From Gammaproteobacteria bacterium (GTDB taxonomy: Bacteria > Pseudomonadota > Gammaproteobacteria > GCA-2400775): DNA of 64,000 nucleotides. The stretch covers positions 8,095 to 72,094 of the forward strand of contig JAADIY010000007.1 in assembly GCA_013151045.1 (NCBI GenBank). The letters are read 5' to 3'. The notes beneath the pieces were generated by a model, which worked only from the letters and a program-made list of their open reading frames with translations, was not told where the DNA came from and searched no databases. The position numbers and the translations under genes are program-made. Position 1 is the first letter of the stretch. Each line of letters begins with the position of its first letter. This document shows positions 51,230 to 62,145 of this stretch, piece after piece.

Positions 51230-51706
51230 ATGCATAAAAGAAACAAAGGCTTTACACTGATTGAGTTGCTTATCACACTGGTAATAGTTGCCATTCTTGT
51301 AACAATTGCCGTACCCAATTTCAGCGGGCTTATTCAAAATAACCGGCTCGTCACACAAACAAATAGTCTTATCGCAGGCTTAAATTTCGCGCGCAGCGAG
51401 GCGATCAAACGCGGTAGAGCTGTATCAATTAATGCAATTAACGGCGACTGGGCCAACGGCTCTATCGTTAAGTTACAGGGTACGTCAGACAGTAACTTTC
51501 TCCGTAAAAACCCTGCAATTCCGACAAGCATATCTATCGATACTGCCGGTGGCGACAACATTACGTTCTTAGCAAGCGGCAATGTCAACAATACCCTTTC
51601 AAGCCTCACCTTATGCGATAGCCGTGGTGAAGGCTACGGTCGTGTAGTCAATATCGAAGCTACCGGGCGAATCGCTATTAACAACGAAGCAGCAAATTGT
51701 GGTTGA
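51230..51706 (+). CDS. fimU: type IV minor pilin, GspH/FimT/FimU family
   Basis: Prepilin leader KGFTLIELLITLVIVAIL; start at internal ATG (ORF track starts 51125). Confidence 0.75.
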   Translation: MHKRNKGFTLIELLITLVIVAILVTIAVPNFSGLIQNNRLVTQTNSLIAGLNFARSEAIKRGRAVSINAINGDWANGSIVKLQGTSDSNFLRKNPAIPTSISIDTAGGDNITFLASGNVNNTLSSLTLCDSRGEGYGRVVNIEATGRIAINNEAANCG

Positions 51707-51711
51707 CACTC

Positions 51712-52191
51712 ATGAATAAAAAACACAACTCCGGTTTCACATTATTAGAAGTATTGATTGCGTTACTAGTGCTATCCGTTGGGCTTTTAGGATTAGCAAG
51801 CCTACAAACGCGTGGACTTGCTACCGGACACAATGCCTATTTACGCAGCCAAGCGGTACTGCTAGCACGTGACATGGCCGAACGTATTAGAACCAATGCT
51901 AATTATGTCCTCGCCACCGAAGAAACTGACCAAACCATCTATACTGTTGACTACAACCAAACTCCAACAGATACCGACTGCAGCAGTAACAGCTGCTCAC
52001 CAGCACAACTGGCACAATATGATATTGATCAATGGCTAACTAGTCTTACCAACACGCTACCTACCGGTGACGGACAAATCACTAAAACGGGTATCGCCTA
52101 TGTCATCACCGTACGCTGGGACTCAGAACGTACCGGTAACATCGAGGATTTAAAAAGCTATTCCTTCAACCTTAATTTAAGGTCTTCTTAG
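51712..52191 (+). CDS. pilV: type IV pilus minor pilin PilV
   Basis: Prepilin leader SGFTLLEVLIALLVLSVGLLG. Confidence 0.8.
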   Translation: MNKKHNSGFTLLEVLIALLVLSVGLLGLASLQTRGLATGHNAYLRSQAVLLARDMAERIRTNANYVLATEETDQTIYTVDYNQTPTDTDCSSNSCSPAQLAQYDIDQWLTSLTNTLPTGDGQITKTGIAYVITVRWDSERTGNIEDLKSYSFNLNLRSS

Positions 52192-52194
52192 CCC

Positions 52195-53238
52195 ATGTTA
52201 TCTCAACTTCAATTTATTAAGCATTCCAACAACAAAGGGTTTAGCTTAATAGAGCTAATGATAGCCATCAGCATTAGTCTTGTTTTGCTCTTAGGCCTTG
52301 TGCAAATCTTTATTAGTTCGAAGCGCAGTTATAACATTCAAGACAGCATAGCCCGTATGCAAGAGAATGGCCGCTATGCTGTAGAATTACTCAGCGGTGA
52401 TATCAGACTCGCAGGTTATATGGGTGGTAACGCTGATGTCACTACAATTGGTGGTAGCACTCCTCCAGAGCTACCTGATGGAAGCTGCGTCAGCGATAGT
52501 GATAGGCAATGGGGAAGAATGATCGCTCGCGGTATATTTGGCATTAACGACGGCTTGACTGGCTATAATTGTATCGAAGCAGCTGGCGGCACACCTGAGT
52601 TTGGCCAATATCTCTCTGGTGACATTCTCACTGTTCGCTATGCTAAACCCGTAGCGTTAAAGGCTACCGACTCCGTTAACAATCTTGGCTATTATATAAA
52701 AAGCTCGCCGATGGTTGGTCAAATTGAAATCATAGACAACAAAACGAGACCAATTGACTCTTTTTTCAATACCACTGCCGCCGCCTCAGTGGCCTTTAAT
52801 ATAACTGACACACCAGTCACCTATAATAAGTTAGTAGCACGTAGCTATTATAGTGGCTTTCAGCAATCAGACTGCAATGGCAATACCTTCACAGTGCCTA
52901 CATTGTATAGATTGGCACTTGGCACCAATGGCACACCACAGCAACAAGAAATTATTCGCGGCATCGAAAACCTACAACTACAGTATGGAGAAGACGTTAA
53001 TAATGACGGCTCACCAGATCAGTACCTTGATGCAGATGATATTACAAACTGGACAGCTATCAAAGCCGTTAGACTCTGGCTCCTAGTTCGCGATGAATGC
53101 CCTAGTGCTGGCTATAACAACACCAACACTTATCAAATGGGTGATGCTAACGGTGATGCCAACTTCGAAGCCAACGACAATTTTCGCCGGCACTTATACA
53201 CCTCTACGATCATGTTGCGTAATAACGAGACAATATAA
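52195..53238 (+). CDS. pilW: type IV pilus assembly protein PilW
   Basis: Prepilin leader KGFSLIELMIAISISLVLL; ~347 aa. Confidence 0.8.
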   Translation: MLSQLQFIKHSNNKGFSLIELMIAISISLVLLLGLVQIFISSKRSYNIQDSIARMQENGRYAVELLSGDIRLAGYMGGNADVTTIGGSTPPELPDGSCVSDSDRQWGRMIARGIFGINDGLTGYNCIEAAGGTPEFGQYLSGDILTVRYAKPVALKATDSVNNLGYYIKSSPMVGQIEIIDNKTRPIDSFFNTTAAASVAFNITDTPVTYNKLVARSYYSGFQQSDCNGNTFTVPTLYRLALGTNGTPQQQEIIRGIENLQLQYGEDVNNDGSPDQYLDADDITNWTAIKAVRLWLLVRDECPSAGYNNTNTYQMGDANGDANFEANDNFRRHLYTSTIMLRNNETI

Positions 53239-53741
53239 TGATCTATCAGACGGATCTCGATAAAACCAAACAAAAAGGCGCAGCACTTATTGTTAGCCTG
53301 ATTATCCTAACCGTTATGACTTTACTCGGCGTCACAGCCATGAGCCAATCTGGCTTAGAAGCACTCATGGCAGGTAATTTTCAGACTCAAACCAATGCAA
53401 TGTCGGCAGCAGAAAATCAACTCAATCAAGCCGAGCAAGCACTCGCAGACAGTGACTCAACACCTTTCATTTTTAATGAATATGATGAAGACATCAACCC
53501 GGCAGAACAACTGACTACCGCCGCGTTAAACGCTGATGGTGACTTCAGAGATTTTTATATTGAATACTTAGGTCCACGCACCATTAGTGGAGAATCTGTG
53601 GTTATCGGCCGCGAAACACCGCGCGCAGGAGCAGAAATTTACTTATTTCGCAATACCGCATTACATAGCAACAATGACAATGGTTCACGTCGCATCGTTC
53701 AATCAATTTACGCTACCGAACAAGCACCCACCGCGCCATAA
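53238..53741 (+). CDS. pilX: type IV pilus assembly protein PilX
   Basis: 167 aa; N-terminal hydrophobic segment GAALIVSLIILTVMTLLG; position in operon. Confidence 0.7.
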   Translation: MIYQTDLDKTKQKGAALIVSLIILTVMTLLGVTAMSQSGLEALMAGNFQTQTNAMSAAENQLNQAEQALADSDSTPFIFNEYDEDINPAEQLTTAALNADGDFRDFYIEYLGPRTISGESVVIGRETPRAGAEIYLFRNTALHSNNDNGSRRIVQSIYATEQAPTAP

Positions 53742-53779
53742 GCGACACGATGCTAGAGAAAAACCAAGGACAAACGCGC

Positions 53780-56353
53780 ATGCAACACAAAGTAGTCGCA
53801 TTATGTTTAACCGTCATAAGTGTTAATGCCTATTCAGCACCCGCATTTAACCCTGCAAATGAGCCACAAGCGTGGTTAGCGCCTATTGCTTTGTCAAATA
53901 ATGATTTAAGACCTGATCCTGACTTACGACCTGAAGGCGGCGCGCAAGGGTTTCGCCCATGGTTTGAAAATGGCGCGTGGCAAGGTGACCTGATCGAGCT
54001 TGATGTCAGCGCAACAGGTATTACGACATCAACAGTTGATCTCATACCAAATCCTCCGACAACTGCTGAAAATAATGGTAATTGGTCGGCTCGCATACAA
54101 TTTAATAGTACATCTAATACGAATGCTGAAACACGCAACATTATTATTGGCAGTGGCGATGGCGACAGTGCCAGAGCGTTTCGTGTTGACTCACTTCGTG
54201 TTGACCCACCTACTAACAATGATGCGCTCAATATTGATCAGCCAAGCGACATATTGAGTAACGCACAACCTGGCAGTAACATCGATGATATCGTTGATTT
54301 TATTCGTGGTGATCGTAGCAATGAAATACAAAACGATGGTGGCACACTACGCCAACGACTTAATATACTGGGTGACATTATTCATTCACCACCACAGTAT
54401 GTTGCTGCGCCTGACCCGAATTTCACCATCAGCGAGTATACGCCTATAGCAAGCTATTCCGCCTTTGCAAACGCTAATGCCAATCGTGCACCGCGCGTTT
54501 ATGTTGGTGCTAACGATGGCATGTTACATGCGTTTGATGCCACCAGCCGCCAAGAAACAAGCGGCAACGAAGTCTTCGCCTATATCCCCTCGATGGTCAC
54601 AAAAAACCTTGGTGCATTAAGTCGCCAACCTTATCGTCATACTTACTTTGTTGACGGTCAATTGAAAACAGGTAATGTTTTTTTTGATGACGAGTGGCAT
54701 ACCGTATTAGTAGGCGGCCTAGGTGCCGGCGGCAAAGGTTTTTTTGCTTTAGACATCACTGACCCTGAGGCCGGATCCGAAGAGACGGCTAGCGACAAAT
54801 TTCTTTGGGAAATCGATGCGAATAACAGTTCTGACATAGGCTTCAGCTATAGCCGGCCAACAATTGCGTTACTAAATAACGATACTTGGTATGCCATCAT
54901 GGGCAATGGCTACAATAGTGAGTCAGGCAATGCCGTATTACTCATTGTCAATATTGAAAATGGCAATATCACTGAACTCGTCGCCGATACCCGTGGCACA
55001 GGAACAGAAGTTGACAGCGACGGTAACATTATTGGGGGTGACCCTAATGGCTTATCTAGCCCATCTTTAGTCGATGCTGACGGTGACGGCAAAGCAGATA
55101 TCGCCTATGCTGGAGACATAAACGGTAACCTATGGAAGTTTGATCTCAGCAGCGGCAGCTCCAGTAATTGGAATGTTGCATTTAACCGTCAGCCCCTGCT
55201 TTCCTTAGGTGAGAATCAGCCTATCATCATTCCACCTGACATCGTTCGAAACCCTGCAACTGGCGGCTTCTATGTATATGTTGGTACTGGTCGCGCTTTT
55301 ACTGCTCAAGACCTCTCAGACGAAACAGTGCAAAGCCTTTATGGCGTTCTTGACAATGGGCAACCCCCAGGTAATCTTAATGCAATCGAGCAAACATTAA
55401 GACGAAATAGCTTCGGCTCCCAATACGTAAGAACCATCACTGATACCCAGTTGAATCCATTCGCCAACCCACCAGCCACTGCAAACCGTGCATGGCGAGT
55501 CGACTTTCCTGGCGTTAACTCTTCTGGTGTTGACTTAGCTGGAGGTGAGCGGTTTTTAACGGAAATACAAACTCGTGCAAGCCGTGTACAAGGCTTAACG
55601 TTTAATCCCTTACTCAATGAAAACTGGCTAACCCAACCCGCCTTTGATAACGGTGGCGCGCCTAGGACGACTATCCTTGATTTAAATGGTGATGGTAGCC
55701 TCACTAGCAACGACCATGTCAATGGTGATGATGACAACATCACCGCCGCACAAGAAGACACTCCTATGGGCTTATTGTTAGGCCAAGGCATCCGTTCGCG
55801 ACCCACTATTGCGGTCATTAATAGAGAAATTGATACCGCCTTGATTAATGGCTTGTTTATTTCAAATATTGTATGCCCAGAGCGTTTTCAAGACATTTGT
55901 CTAGGGCGTTTCAGTGATCCTAGCGCTGTGCAAAACGAGCTTGACCAACTACAACGGGAAATTGAAGGTCTTAACGAACTACTTACTAGTTTAGGCGAAG
56001 AATTAGGCCAATTAGAAAACGATAGATCTACGCTAACCGATACACTCGCGCAGCTTGAAGCAGATGGCGATGACCCTAGTCTTATCGCCGAAGCCCAGCA
56101 AAACCTTGAGCAAAACCAAACGAATATTGATACCAATGCTAATGAGACATCCGATGCACAACGAGTATTAGATGCCCTTCAAGCGCAAGAACAGCAAGCG
56201 ATTGATTTCCGTAATGCAGTGCAGGAAGATATTCAACTGCGCGAGACTGGCGGCATTCGTGATATTAATAATGTCGATGTTGCTGGCATACGTAGTCTTG
56301 GCCCCAACTTCGCACTAGGCCGTCATTCATGGGTAGAACTGGAAATTGAATAG
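53780..56353 (+). CDS. pilY1: type IV pilus tip adhesin / assembly protein PilY1 (PilC-family beta-propeller)
   Basis: Signal peptide; beta-propeller with Ca-binding-like DADGDGKADIAYAGDINGNLWKFDL; conserved C-terminal ...SWVELEIE; start at internal ATG (ORF track starts 53750). Confidence 0.8.
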   Translation: MQHKVVALCLTVISVNAYSAPAFNPANEPQAWLAPIALSNNDLRPDPDLRPEGGAQGFRPWFENGAWQGDLIELDVSATGITTSTVDLIPNPPTTAENNGNWSARIQFNSTSNTNAETRNIIIGSGDGDSARAFRVDSLRVDPPTNNDALNIDQPSDILSNAQPGSNIDDIVDFIRGDRSNEIQNDGGTLRQRLNILGDIIHSPPQYVAAPDPNFTISEYTPIASYSAFANANANRAPRVYVGANDGMLHAFDATSRQETSGNEVFAYIPSMVTKNLGALSRQPYRHTYFVDGQLKTGNVFFDDEWHTVLVGGLGAGGKGFFALDITDPEAGSEETASDKFLWEIDANNSSDIGFSYSRPTIALLNNDTWYAIMGNGYNSESGNAVLLIVNIENGNITELVADTRGTGTEVDSDGNIIGGDPNGLSSPSLVDADGDGKADIAYAGDINGNLWKFDLSSGSSSNWNVAFNRQPLLSLGENQPIIIPPDIVRNPATGGFYVYVGTGRAFTAQDLSDETVQSLYGVLDNGQPPGNLNAIEQTLRRNSFGSQYVRTITDTQLNPFANPPATANRAWRVDFPGVNSSGVDLAGGERFLTEIQTRASRVQGLTFNPLLNENWLTQPAFDNGGAPRTTILDLNGDGSLTSNDHVNGDDDNITAAQEDTPMGLLLGQGIRSRPTIAVINREIDTALINGLFISNIVCPERFQDICLGRFSDPSAVQNELDQLQREIEGLNELLTSLGEELGQLENDRSTLTDTLAQLEADGDDPSLIAEAQQNLEQNQTNIDTNANETSDAQRVLDALQAQEQQAIDFRNAVQEDIQLRETGGIRDINNVDVAGIRSLGPNFALGRHSWVELEIE

Positions 56354-56784
56354 TGATTAATCAAAGAAAAACAGGCTTCGCCTTGATGGAGCTGATGATT
56401 GTCGTGGCAATCGTTGGCATCTTAGCTGCAATTGCTTACCCAAGCTATGTCGACCAAGTCAATAAAGTACGTCGTACTGATGCACAAACTGCACTCATTG
56501 AGCTCGCCGCAAGATTACAAGAATTCTATATAGATCAGACACCACCAACTTATATTGGCGCCTCATTAGAGGGAGATAACCCGATATTTCCTAACGAAGC
56601 TCCTTTAGATGGCACCAAACACTACGACCTACGCCTAACCGGACAAACTGCAACAACATTCAATATACAAGCAATTCCAAAACCAACAAGCCCAATGAAT
56701 AGTGATTTCACTTATATTCTTAATGCCCGTGGCGTAAAACAACACAACAAAGGCAGCAGTACAGCACAGGATGGTTGGCCCTAA
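56353..56784 (+). CDS. pilE: type IV pilus minor pilin PilE
   Basis: Prepilin leader [22 protein letters not shown]; GTG start. Confidence 0.8.
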   Translation: MINQRKTGFALMELMIVVAIVGILAAIAYPSYVDQVNKVRRTDAQTALIELAARLQEFYIDQTPPTYIGASLEGDNPIFPNEAPLDGTKHYDLRLTGQTATTFNIQAIPKPTSPMNSDFTYILNARGVKQHNKGSSTAQDGWP

Positions 56785-57734
56785 ACTGTTTCCAGTTGCA
56801 CCGACTGCAACACTTTTGGCAGTGAAAAAGTAACCGTTTCTTTACGACCATCTAAATCTTCTACTGACGCTCCACCATAAACTTTTAGTTGCGCAATAAC
56901 ATTCTGAACCAATACCTCAGGAGCAGAAGCTCCTGCAGTGACGCCTACTGCTTTTTTTCCTGCCAACCACTCTGGGACGATATCTTCACCACCGTCTATG
57001 AGATAGGCATCAACACCATTTAGACATGCAATCTCTTTGAGCCTATTGGAATTAGAACTGTTCTTTGAACCCACCACTAACACCAAATCAGTTTGCTCGG
57101 CTAAGTGTTTCACCGATTCTTGACGATTCTGCGTGGCATAGCAAATATCATCTTTACGTGGTCCGAGAATCTTTGGAAAACGTTGCCGCAATGCATCGAT
57201 AATATCTGCGGTATCGTCAACAGATAGTGTCGTTTGAGTAACAAAGGCCAATGTATCTGAATCTTTTACTGCAAGTGCTTCAACGTCTCTCACAGTCTCA
57301 ACCAAATACATACCGCCCGTATCAGTGCGTCGATATTGACCCATAGTACCCACCACTTCAGGATGCCCTTCATGGCCAATCAAAACACATTCACGCCCTT
57401 CTTTTTCATAACGTGCCACCTCGACGTGTACTTTAGTGACTAGCGGGCATATCGCATCAAATACACGTAGGCCTCGTTCAGCCGCTACTTCTCTAACAGT
57501 ATTGGCAACGCCATGTGCGCTGAAAATCACTGTGGCATCGTCTGGCACTTCGTCTAGCTCTTCAACAAATACCACTCCCTTTTTACGCAAACCATCAACA
57601 ACATAACGATTGTGAACCACTTCATGTCTCACATAAATTGGCGCGCCATATAGCGCTAGCACACGTTCGACAATTTCGATGGCCCGGTCGACACCCGCAC
57701 AAAAACCACGTGGATTCGCTAAAATAATTTTCAC
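56781..57734 (-). CDS. ispH: 4-hydroxy-3-methylbut-2-enyl diphosphate reductase
   Basis: 317 aa; [15 protein letters not shown] motif. Confidence 0.95.
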   Translation of the reverse strand: MKIILANPRGFCAGVDRAIEIVERVLALYGAPIYVRHEVVHNRYVVDGLRKKGVVFVEELDEVPDDATVIFSAHGVANTVREVAAERGLRVFDAICPLVTKVHVEVARYEKEGRECVLIGHEGHPEVVGTMGQYRRTDTGGMYLVETVRDVEALAVKDSDTLAFVTQTTLSVDDTADIIDALRQRFPKILGPRKDDICYATQNRQESVKHLAEQTDLVLVVGSKNSSNSNRLKEIACLNGVDAYLIDGGEDIVPEWLAGKKAVGVTAGASAPEVLVQNVIAQLKVYGGASVEDLDGRKETVTFSLPKVLQSVQLETV

Positions 57735-57743
57735 TATGCTTTC

Positions 57744-58244
57744 CTATTCATCGTTATCTTTCTTCGCCGACTGTTTTTCTTGGTGGAACAACGTATCCCA
57801 CACTAACAATATTGCGCCGAGAGTAATTGCTGCATCAGCGATATTAAACGCAGGCCAATGCGATTGCTTATAATAGACATCAACAAAATCAACAACATAA
57901 CCAAGGCGAATACGGTCAATGACATTACCTAAGGCTCCCCCCAAAACCAAGCCTAATGCTCCAGCAATAAAACGTTCATCATGCACGAGCCGCCAAAGCC
58001 ATATCACTAAGAATATGCTCACAGCAATGGCTAAACCTGATAAGAGCCAGCGGCCCATATCTCCCGAATCATCAAACAGGCTAAACGCAACACCGGGATT
58101 AAAGGCTAAAGTCATATTTAACCCTGAAAATATTGCTACAGGATCATAAGGAAGCAATACATCCAATGCCCATAGCTTAGTCAACTGGTCGACCGCAATA
58201 ACAAATAGCGCTACAAACAAACCTAATTTAAATGGAAGTTTCAT
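57744..58244 (-). CDS. lspA: lipoprotein signal peptidase II
   Basis: 166 aa, 4 TM; conserved Asp/Asn motifs (FNIADAAI). Confidence 0.9.
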   Translation of the reverse strand: MKLPFKLGLFVALFVIAVDQLTKLWALDVLLPYDPVAIFSGLNMTLAFNPGVAFSLFDDSGDMGRWLLSGLAIAVSIFLVIWLWRLVHDERFIAGALGLVLGGALGNVIDRIRLGYVVDFVDVYYKQSHWPAFNIADAAITLGAILLVWDTLFHQEKQSAKKDNDE

Positions 58245-58249
58245 TACGA

Positions 58250-61096
58250 TCAGAAAAAGCGGCGTAGCTCACCGCCACCTTGAATGTTTTCGACACAACG
58301 CCCACATAAACTAGGATGCTGATCGCTACTACCGACATCAGCACGTCGATGCCAACAACGTTCGCATTTTTCATTCTCTGAGGCTAAAGCTCTGATTTTA
58401 ATTCTACGCCCATCTAACTCAACTTCTACTGCATCTCTACATTCGCTATCTTCACCAAACACGGCTGCATCAGAAGTAATCAATGCAAAACGTAATTCAT
58501 CATCTGCAACTTCTAAGGCTTTATGCAACTCGCCATTACAATAAACGCTAACATCTGCATCGAGAGATGAACCAATATCGCCAGCGACGCGCAACTCTTC
58601 CAAGCGCTTGCCTACCATCGCCCTGACCGCAAAAATATCTTGCCACTGGTCATTAGAGATTATGGCTAACTTATCTGACTTTGGTAATTGATACCACGTT
58701 TCAGTAAAAATAGTTTTTGCACGTTCACCCGGCAAAAACTGCCAAAGCTCATCAGCAGTAAAACTCAATATTGGTGCTAACCAACGTGAAAGCGCTTCAA
58801 CAATATGAAACATTGCCGTCTGCGCAGAACGACGCGCATGGCTCTCTGCTTGAGTAGTGTATTGACGGTCTTTAGTAATATCTAGATAAAGACTACCTAG
58901 TTCGTTTGCACAAAAATTATGTACACGTTGATAGATACGATGAAATTCAAATTTCTCATAGGCATCAATGACATCATCTTGAACTAACTGTGTCGTTTCT
59001 ACCGCCCAGCGATCTAAGGCAATCATATCGTCGATAGCTACGCTATGCTGCTGCGGATCAAAACCATCGAGGTTCGACAACAAATAACGTGCTGTATTAC
59101 GCATACGACGATAAGCATCAGCGGTACGCTTTAATATCTCATCCGATACGGTCATCTCTCCGCTATAGTCTGTTGCAGACACCCATAATCGCAAAACATC
59201 AGCACCGATTTGATTCATGACTTTCTGCGGCGCCACTACATTGCCCTTCGACTTGGACATCTTCATGCCTTTGGCATCAACAGTAAATCCGTGTGTAAGC
59301 ACTGCTTTATAAGGAGCGCCATAACAATCAGACTCACCGGCCTCGCCATGCACAGCGACCGAACTTAATAATGACGATTGAAACCAACCACGATGCTGAT
59401 CGGAACCTTCTAAATAAAGATCCGCAGGAAACGGCAAACTATCACGCTGCCCTAGTACCGCCTCGTGGCTCACGCCTGAATCAAACCAGACATCTAAGGT
59501 ATCAGTCACTTTCTCATAGCGGTCTTCATCAACACCCAAATCTGATGGCGACAAATCAAACCACGCATCAATACCTGATGCTTCAATTAATTTCGCAACA
59601 CGCTCGATCAACTCTGGTGTTTCAGGATGCAATACACCATCATTTTTATCGATAAATAACGCTATCGGTACACCCCACGTACGTTGACGTGAAATACACC
59701 AATCTGGTCGATTCTCTACCATAGCCTCGATACGCGCTTTACCCCAACTAGGCAGCCACTTAACAGTATCAATGCTTTTCATGACCCTATCGCGCAAACC
59801 CTGTTGCTCCATACTGATAAACCACTGTGGCGTCGCACGAAAAATCAGTGGTGTCTTGTGACGCCAGCAATGCGGGTAACTATGATTAATCGGCACATGG
59901 TTCAATAGCGCTTTATGCTCAGACAACAAATCAATAACCACGGCATTCGCTTTAAGCACATGTTGGCCGGCAACAAACTCTGTGCCTTCGACAAACACTC
60001 CGTTACTACCCACTGGGTTATCAACAGGTAAGTCATATTTCAAACCAACCACATAGTCATCTTGACCATGACCCGGCGCAGTATGCACCGCACCTGTTCC
60101 TGACTCTGTCGTGACATGGTCGCCCAATATGACAGGAACCTGACGGCCATAAAATGGATGCTTGAGCATCATACCTTCTAAAGCTTGACCTTTAACTGTC
60201 GCAAGCACCTTATGCTGCTCTACCTGATAACGCTCAAGCGCAGAATCGATTAGCGCTTGCGCCAATAGCAAGTATTCTGCGCCGTTAGTACCGTCGATAG
60301 AAACCAAGCTGTAGTCAACATCTGGATGCAAACAAACCGCTTGGTTAGCTGGCAATGTCCAAGGCGTCGTTGTCCAAATAACAACAGATGCCACAATACT
60401 ATCCGCCACTTCCACACCAACCACGTCAGAAAGCGCAGATGAATCAACGAAGTTAAATTTAACGTCGATAGCAGGCGATTGTTTATCTTGGTATTCAACT
60501 TCCGCTTCCGCCAATGCTGAACCGCAATCCATACACCAATAAACTGGCTTGAAACCTTGACTGACATGTCCAGCCTTAACAATTTTGCCCAAGGTCCGAA
60601 CAATATTCGCTTCGTATTGATAATCCATTGTCCGATACGGGTTTTGCCAATCACCCAAAACACCGAGCCGAATAAAACCTTCGCGCTGCTTATCAACTTG
60701 TTTTGCGGCGTAATCACGACAGGCTTGGCGAAATGTTTTGGCATCAACTTTATGGCCCGCTTTACCGACTTTTTTCTCAACCATCAATTCGATAGGCAAA
60801 CCATGGCAATCCCAGCCCGGCACATAATCAGCGTCATAGCCATCTAGGGTTTTAGATTTGATAATGATGTCTTTAAGTATCTTATTGACCGCATGACCAA
60901 TATGAATCTCACCATTGGCGTATGGGGGACCATCGTGTAAGACATAACGAGGCCGACCATTGCAGGCTGCGCGCACTTGCGCGTAAAGACCATCTTCCTG
61001 CCAACGCTTAAGGCGTTCAGGCTCGCGCTGCGCCAAATTCGCTTTCATAGGAAAAGCCGTTTTAGGAAGGTTTAGGGTTTTTTTATATTCGCTCAT
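58250..61096 (-). CDS. ileS: isoleucine--tRNA ligase
   Basis: 948 aa; HIGH (HIGHAVNK) and KMSKS motifs; C-terminal zinc-finger Cys. Confidence 0.95.
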   Translation of the reverse strand: MSEYKKTLNLPKTAFPMKANLAQREPERLKRWQEDGLYAQVRAACNGRPRYVLHDGPPYANGEIHIGHAVNKILKDIIIKSKTLDGYDADYVPGWDCHGLPIELMVEKKVGKAGHKVDAKTFRQACRDYAAKQVDKQREGFIRLGVLGDWQNPYRTMDYQYEANIVRTLGKIVKAGHVSQGFKPVYWCMDCGSALAEAEVEYQDKQSPAIDVKFNFVDSSALSDVVGVEVADSIVASVVIWTTTPWTLPANQAVCLHPDVDYSLVSIDGTNGAEYLLLAQALIDSALERYQVEQHKVLATVKGQALEGMMLKHPFYGRQVPVILGDHVTTESGTGAVHTAPGHGQDDYVVGLKYDLPVDNPVGSNGVFVEGTEFVAGQHVLKANAVVIDLLSEHKALLNHVPINHSYPHCWRHKTPLIFRATPQWFISMEQQGLRDRVMKSIDTVKWLPSWGKARIEAMVENRPDWCISRQRTWGVPIALFIDKNDGVLHPETPELIERVAKLIEASGIDAWFDLSPSDLGVDEDRYEKVTDTLDVWFDSGVSHEAVLGQRDSLPFPADLYLEGSDQHRGWFQSSLLSSVAVHGEAGESDCYGAPYKAVLTHGFTVDAKGMKMSKSKGNVVAPQKVMNQIGADVLRLWVSATDYSGEMTVSDEILKRTADAYRRMRNTARYLLSNLDGFDPQQHSVAIDDMIALDRWAVETTQLVQDDVIDAYEKFEFHRIYQRVHNFCANELGSLYLDITKDRQYTTQAESHARRSAQTAMFHIVEALSRWLAPILSFTADELWQFLPGERAKTIFTETWYQLPKSDKLAIISNDQWQDIFAVRAMVGKRLEELRVAGDIGSSLDADVSVYCNGELHKALEVADDELRFALITSDAAVFGEDSECRDAVEVELDGRRIKIRALASENEKCERCWHRRADVGSSDQHPSLCGRCVENIQGGGELRRFF

Positions 61097-61206
61097 ACAG
61101 GACCGACGGTTGATACTTCAAAACCGATTATTATCGGCGATTACTCAGCGTGCGGCCAGCGATTTACCGATTATTTATCCCGTTATTAGCCAATTATTTT
61201 CTGAAT

Positions 61207-62145
61207 TCAAGATAACACTGCAGCAAAATATTCTCTGGCGCCACGCTCATCGGCGGCCAACTGAGCTTTTAAAGCGTCTAGCGAATCAAAACGCTGCTCA
61301 TCTCGAAGCTGGGTCATAAACTCCACCTCAACATACTGATCGTAAATGTCACCGTCAAAATCGAACAAATTGACTTCAAAACGCAAGGCCCGTCCGCCGA
61401 CCGTCGGACGAAAACCAATATTGGCCATACCCAACTGCGCCTCACCAGCAACACCATGCAGCCTCACTGCAAATACGCCCGCCAATGCAAGGTTTTGTCG
61501 ACGACAATGAATATTGGCTGTCGGGTAACCTATCGTTCTACCAAGCTGATCACCTTTAACGACACGACCCGATAAGCAATAAGGTCTGCCAAGTAATTGC
61601 GTCGCTTGCTCTATCTCTCCACCTGCCAAGGCGTTACGCACCTTCGTACTGCTCACTCTCGCATCATCAATGGTAAAACTAGGCATCGACTCAACCTGAA
61701 AACTCGATTTGCCTGCCCTATTTTGTAACAAAGCAAAATCACCCTGGCGCTGATAACCAAAACGAAAATCATCACCGAGCAATATATATTGCGCTGACAA
61801 GCCATCAAGCAATATATCGCTGACAAATTGTTCTGCTGACAGCTGAGAGAGCTTTTTATTAAACGGCAGGCACAGCACACAATCGATATCACTATTTGCT
61901 GACAAATATTGCAGTTTTTCTCGCAAACCCATTAAGCGTAAAGGTGCATTAGTCCCAGCAAAAAATTCATGCGGTAAGGGCTCAAACGTCACTAATACCG
62001 ATGGCACCTGAAGCCGCCTTGCTTGCTCGCAAAGTTTTACCAACATTTGCTGATGGCCAAGATGCATACCATCGAAGTTGCCAATGGTGATCGCGCTGGT
62101 TTTATGCCACTGTTCAAGGCCGTGCAAACCACGAATCAGCTTCAT
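61207..62145 (-). CDS. ribF: bifunctional riboflavin kinase / FMN adenylyltransferase
   Basis: 312 aa; N-terminal nucleotidyltransferase (GNFDGMHLGHQ) and C-terminal riboflavin kinase. Confidence 0.9.
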   Translation of the reverse strand: MKLIRGLHGLEQWHKTSAITIGNFDGMHLGHQQMLVKLCEQARRLQVPSVLVTFEPLPHEFFAGTNAPLRLMGLREKLQYLSANSDIDCVLCLPFNKKLSQLSAEQFVSDILLDGLSAQYILLGDDFRFGYQRQGDFALLQNRAGKSSFQVESMPSFTIDDARVSSTKVRNALAGGEIEQATQLLGRPYCLSGRVVKGDQLGRTIGYPTANIHCRRQNLALAGVFAVRLHGVAGEAQLGMANIGFRPTVGGRALRFEVNLFDFDGDIYDQYVEVEFMTQLRDEQRFDSLDALKAQLAADERGAREYFAAVLS

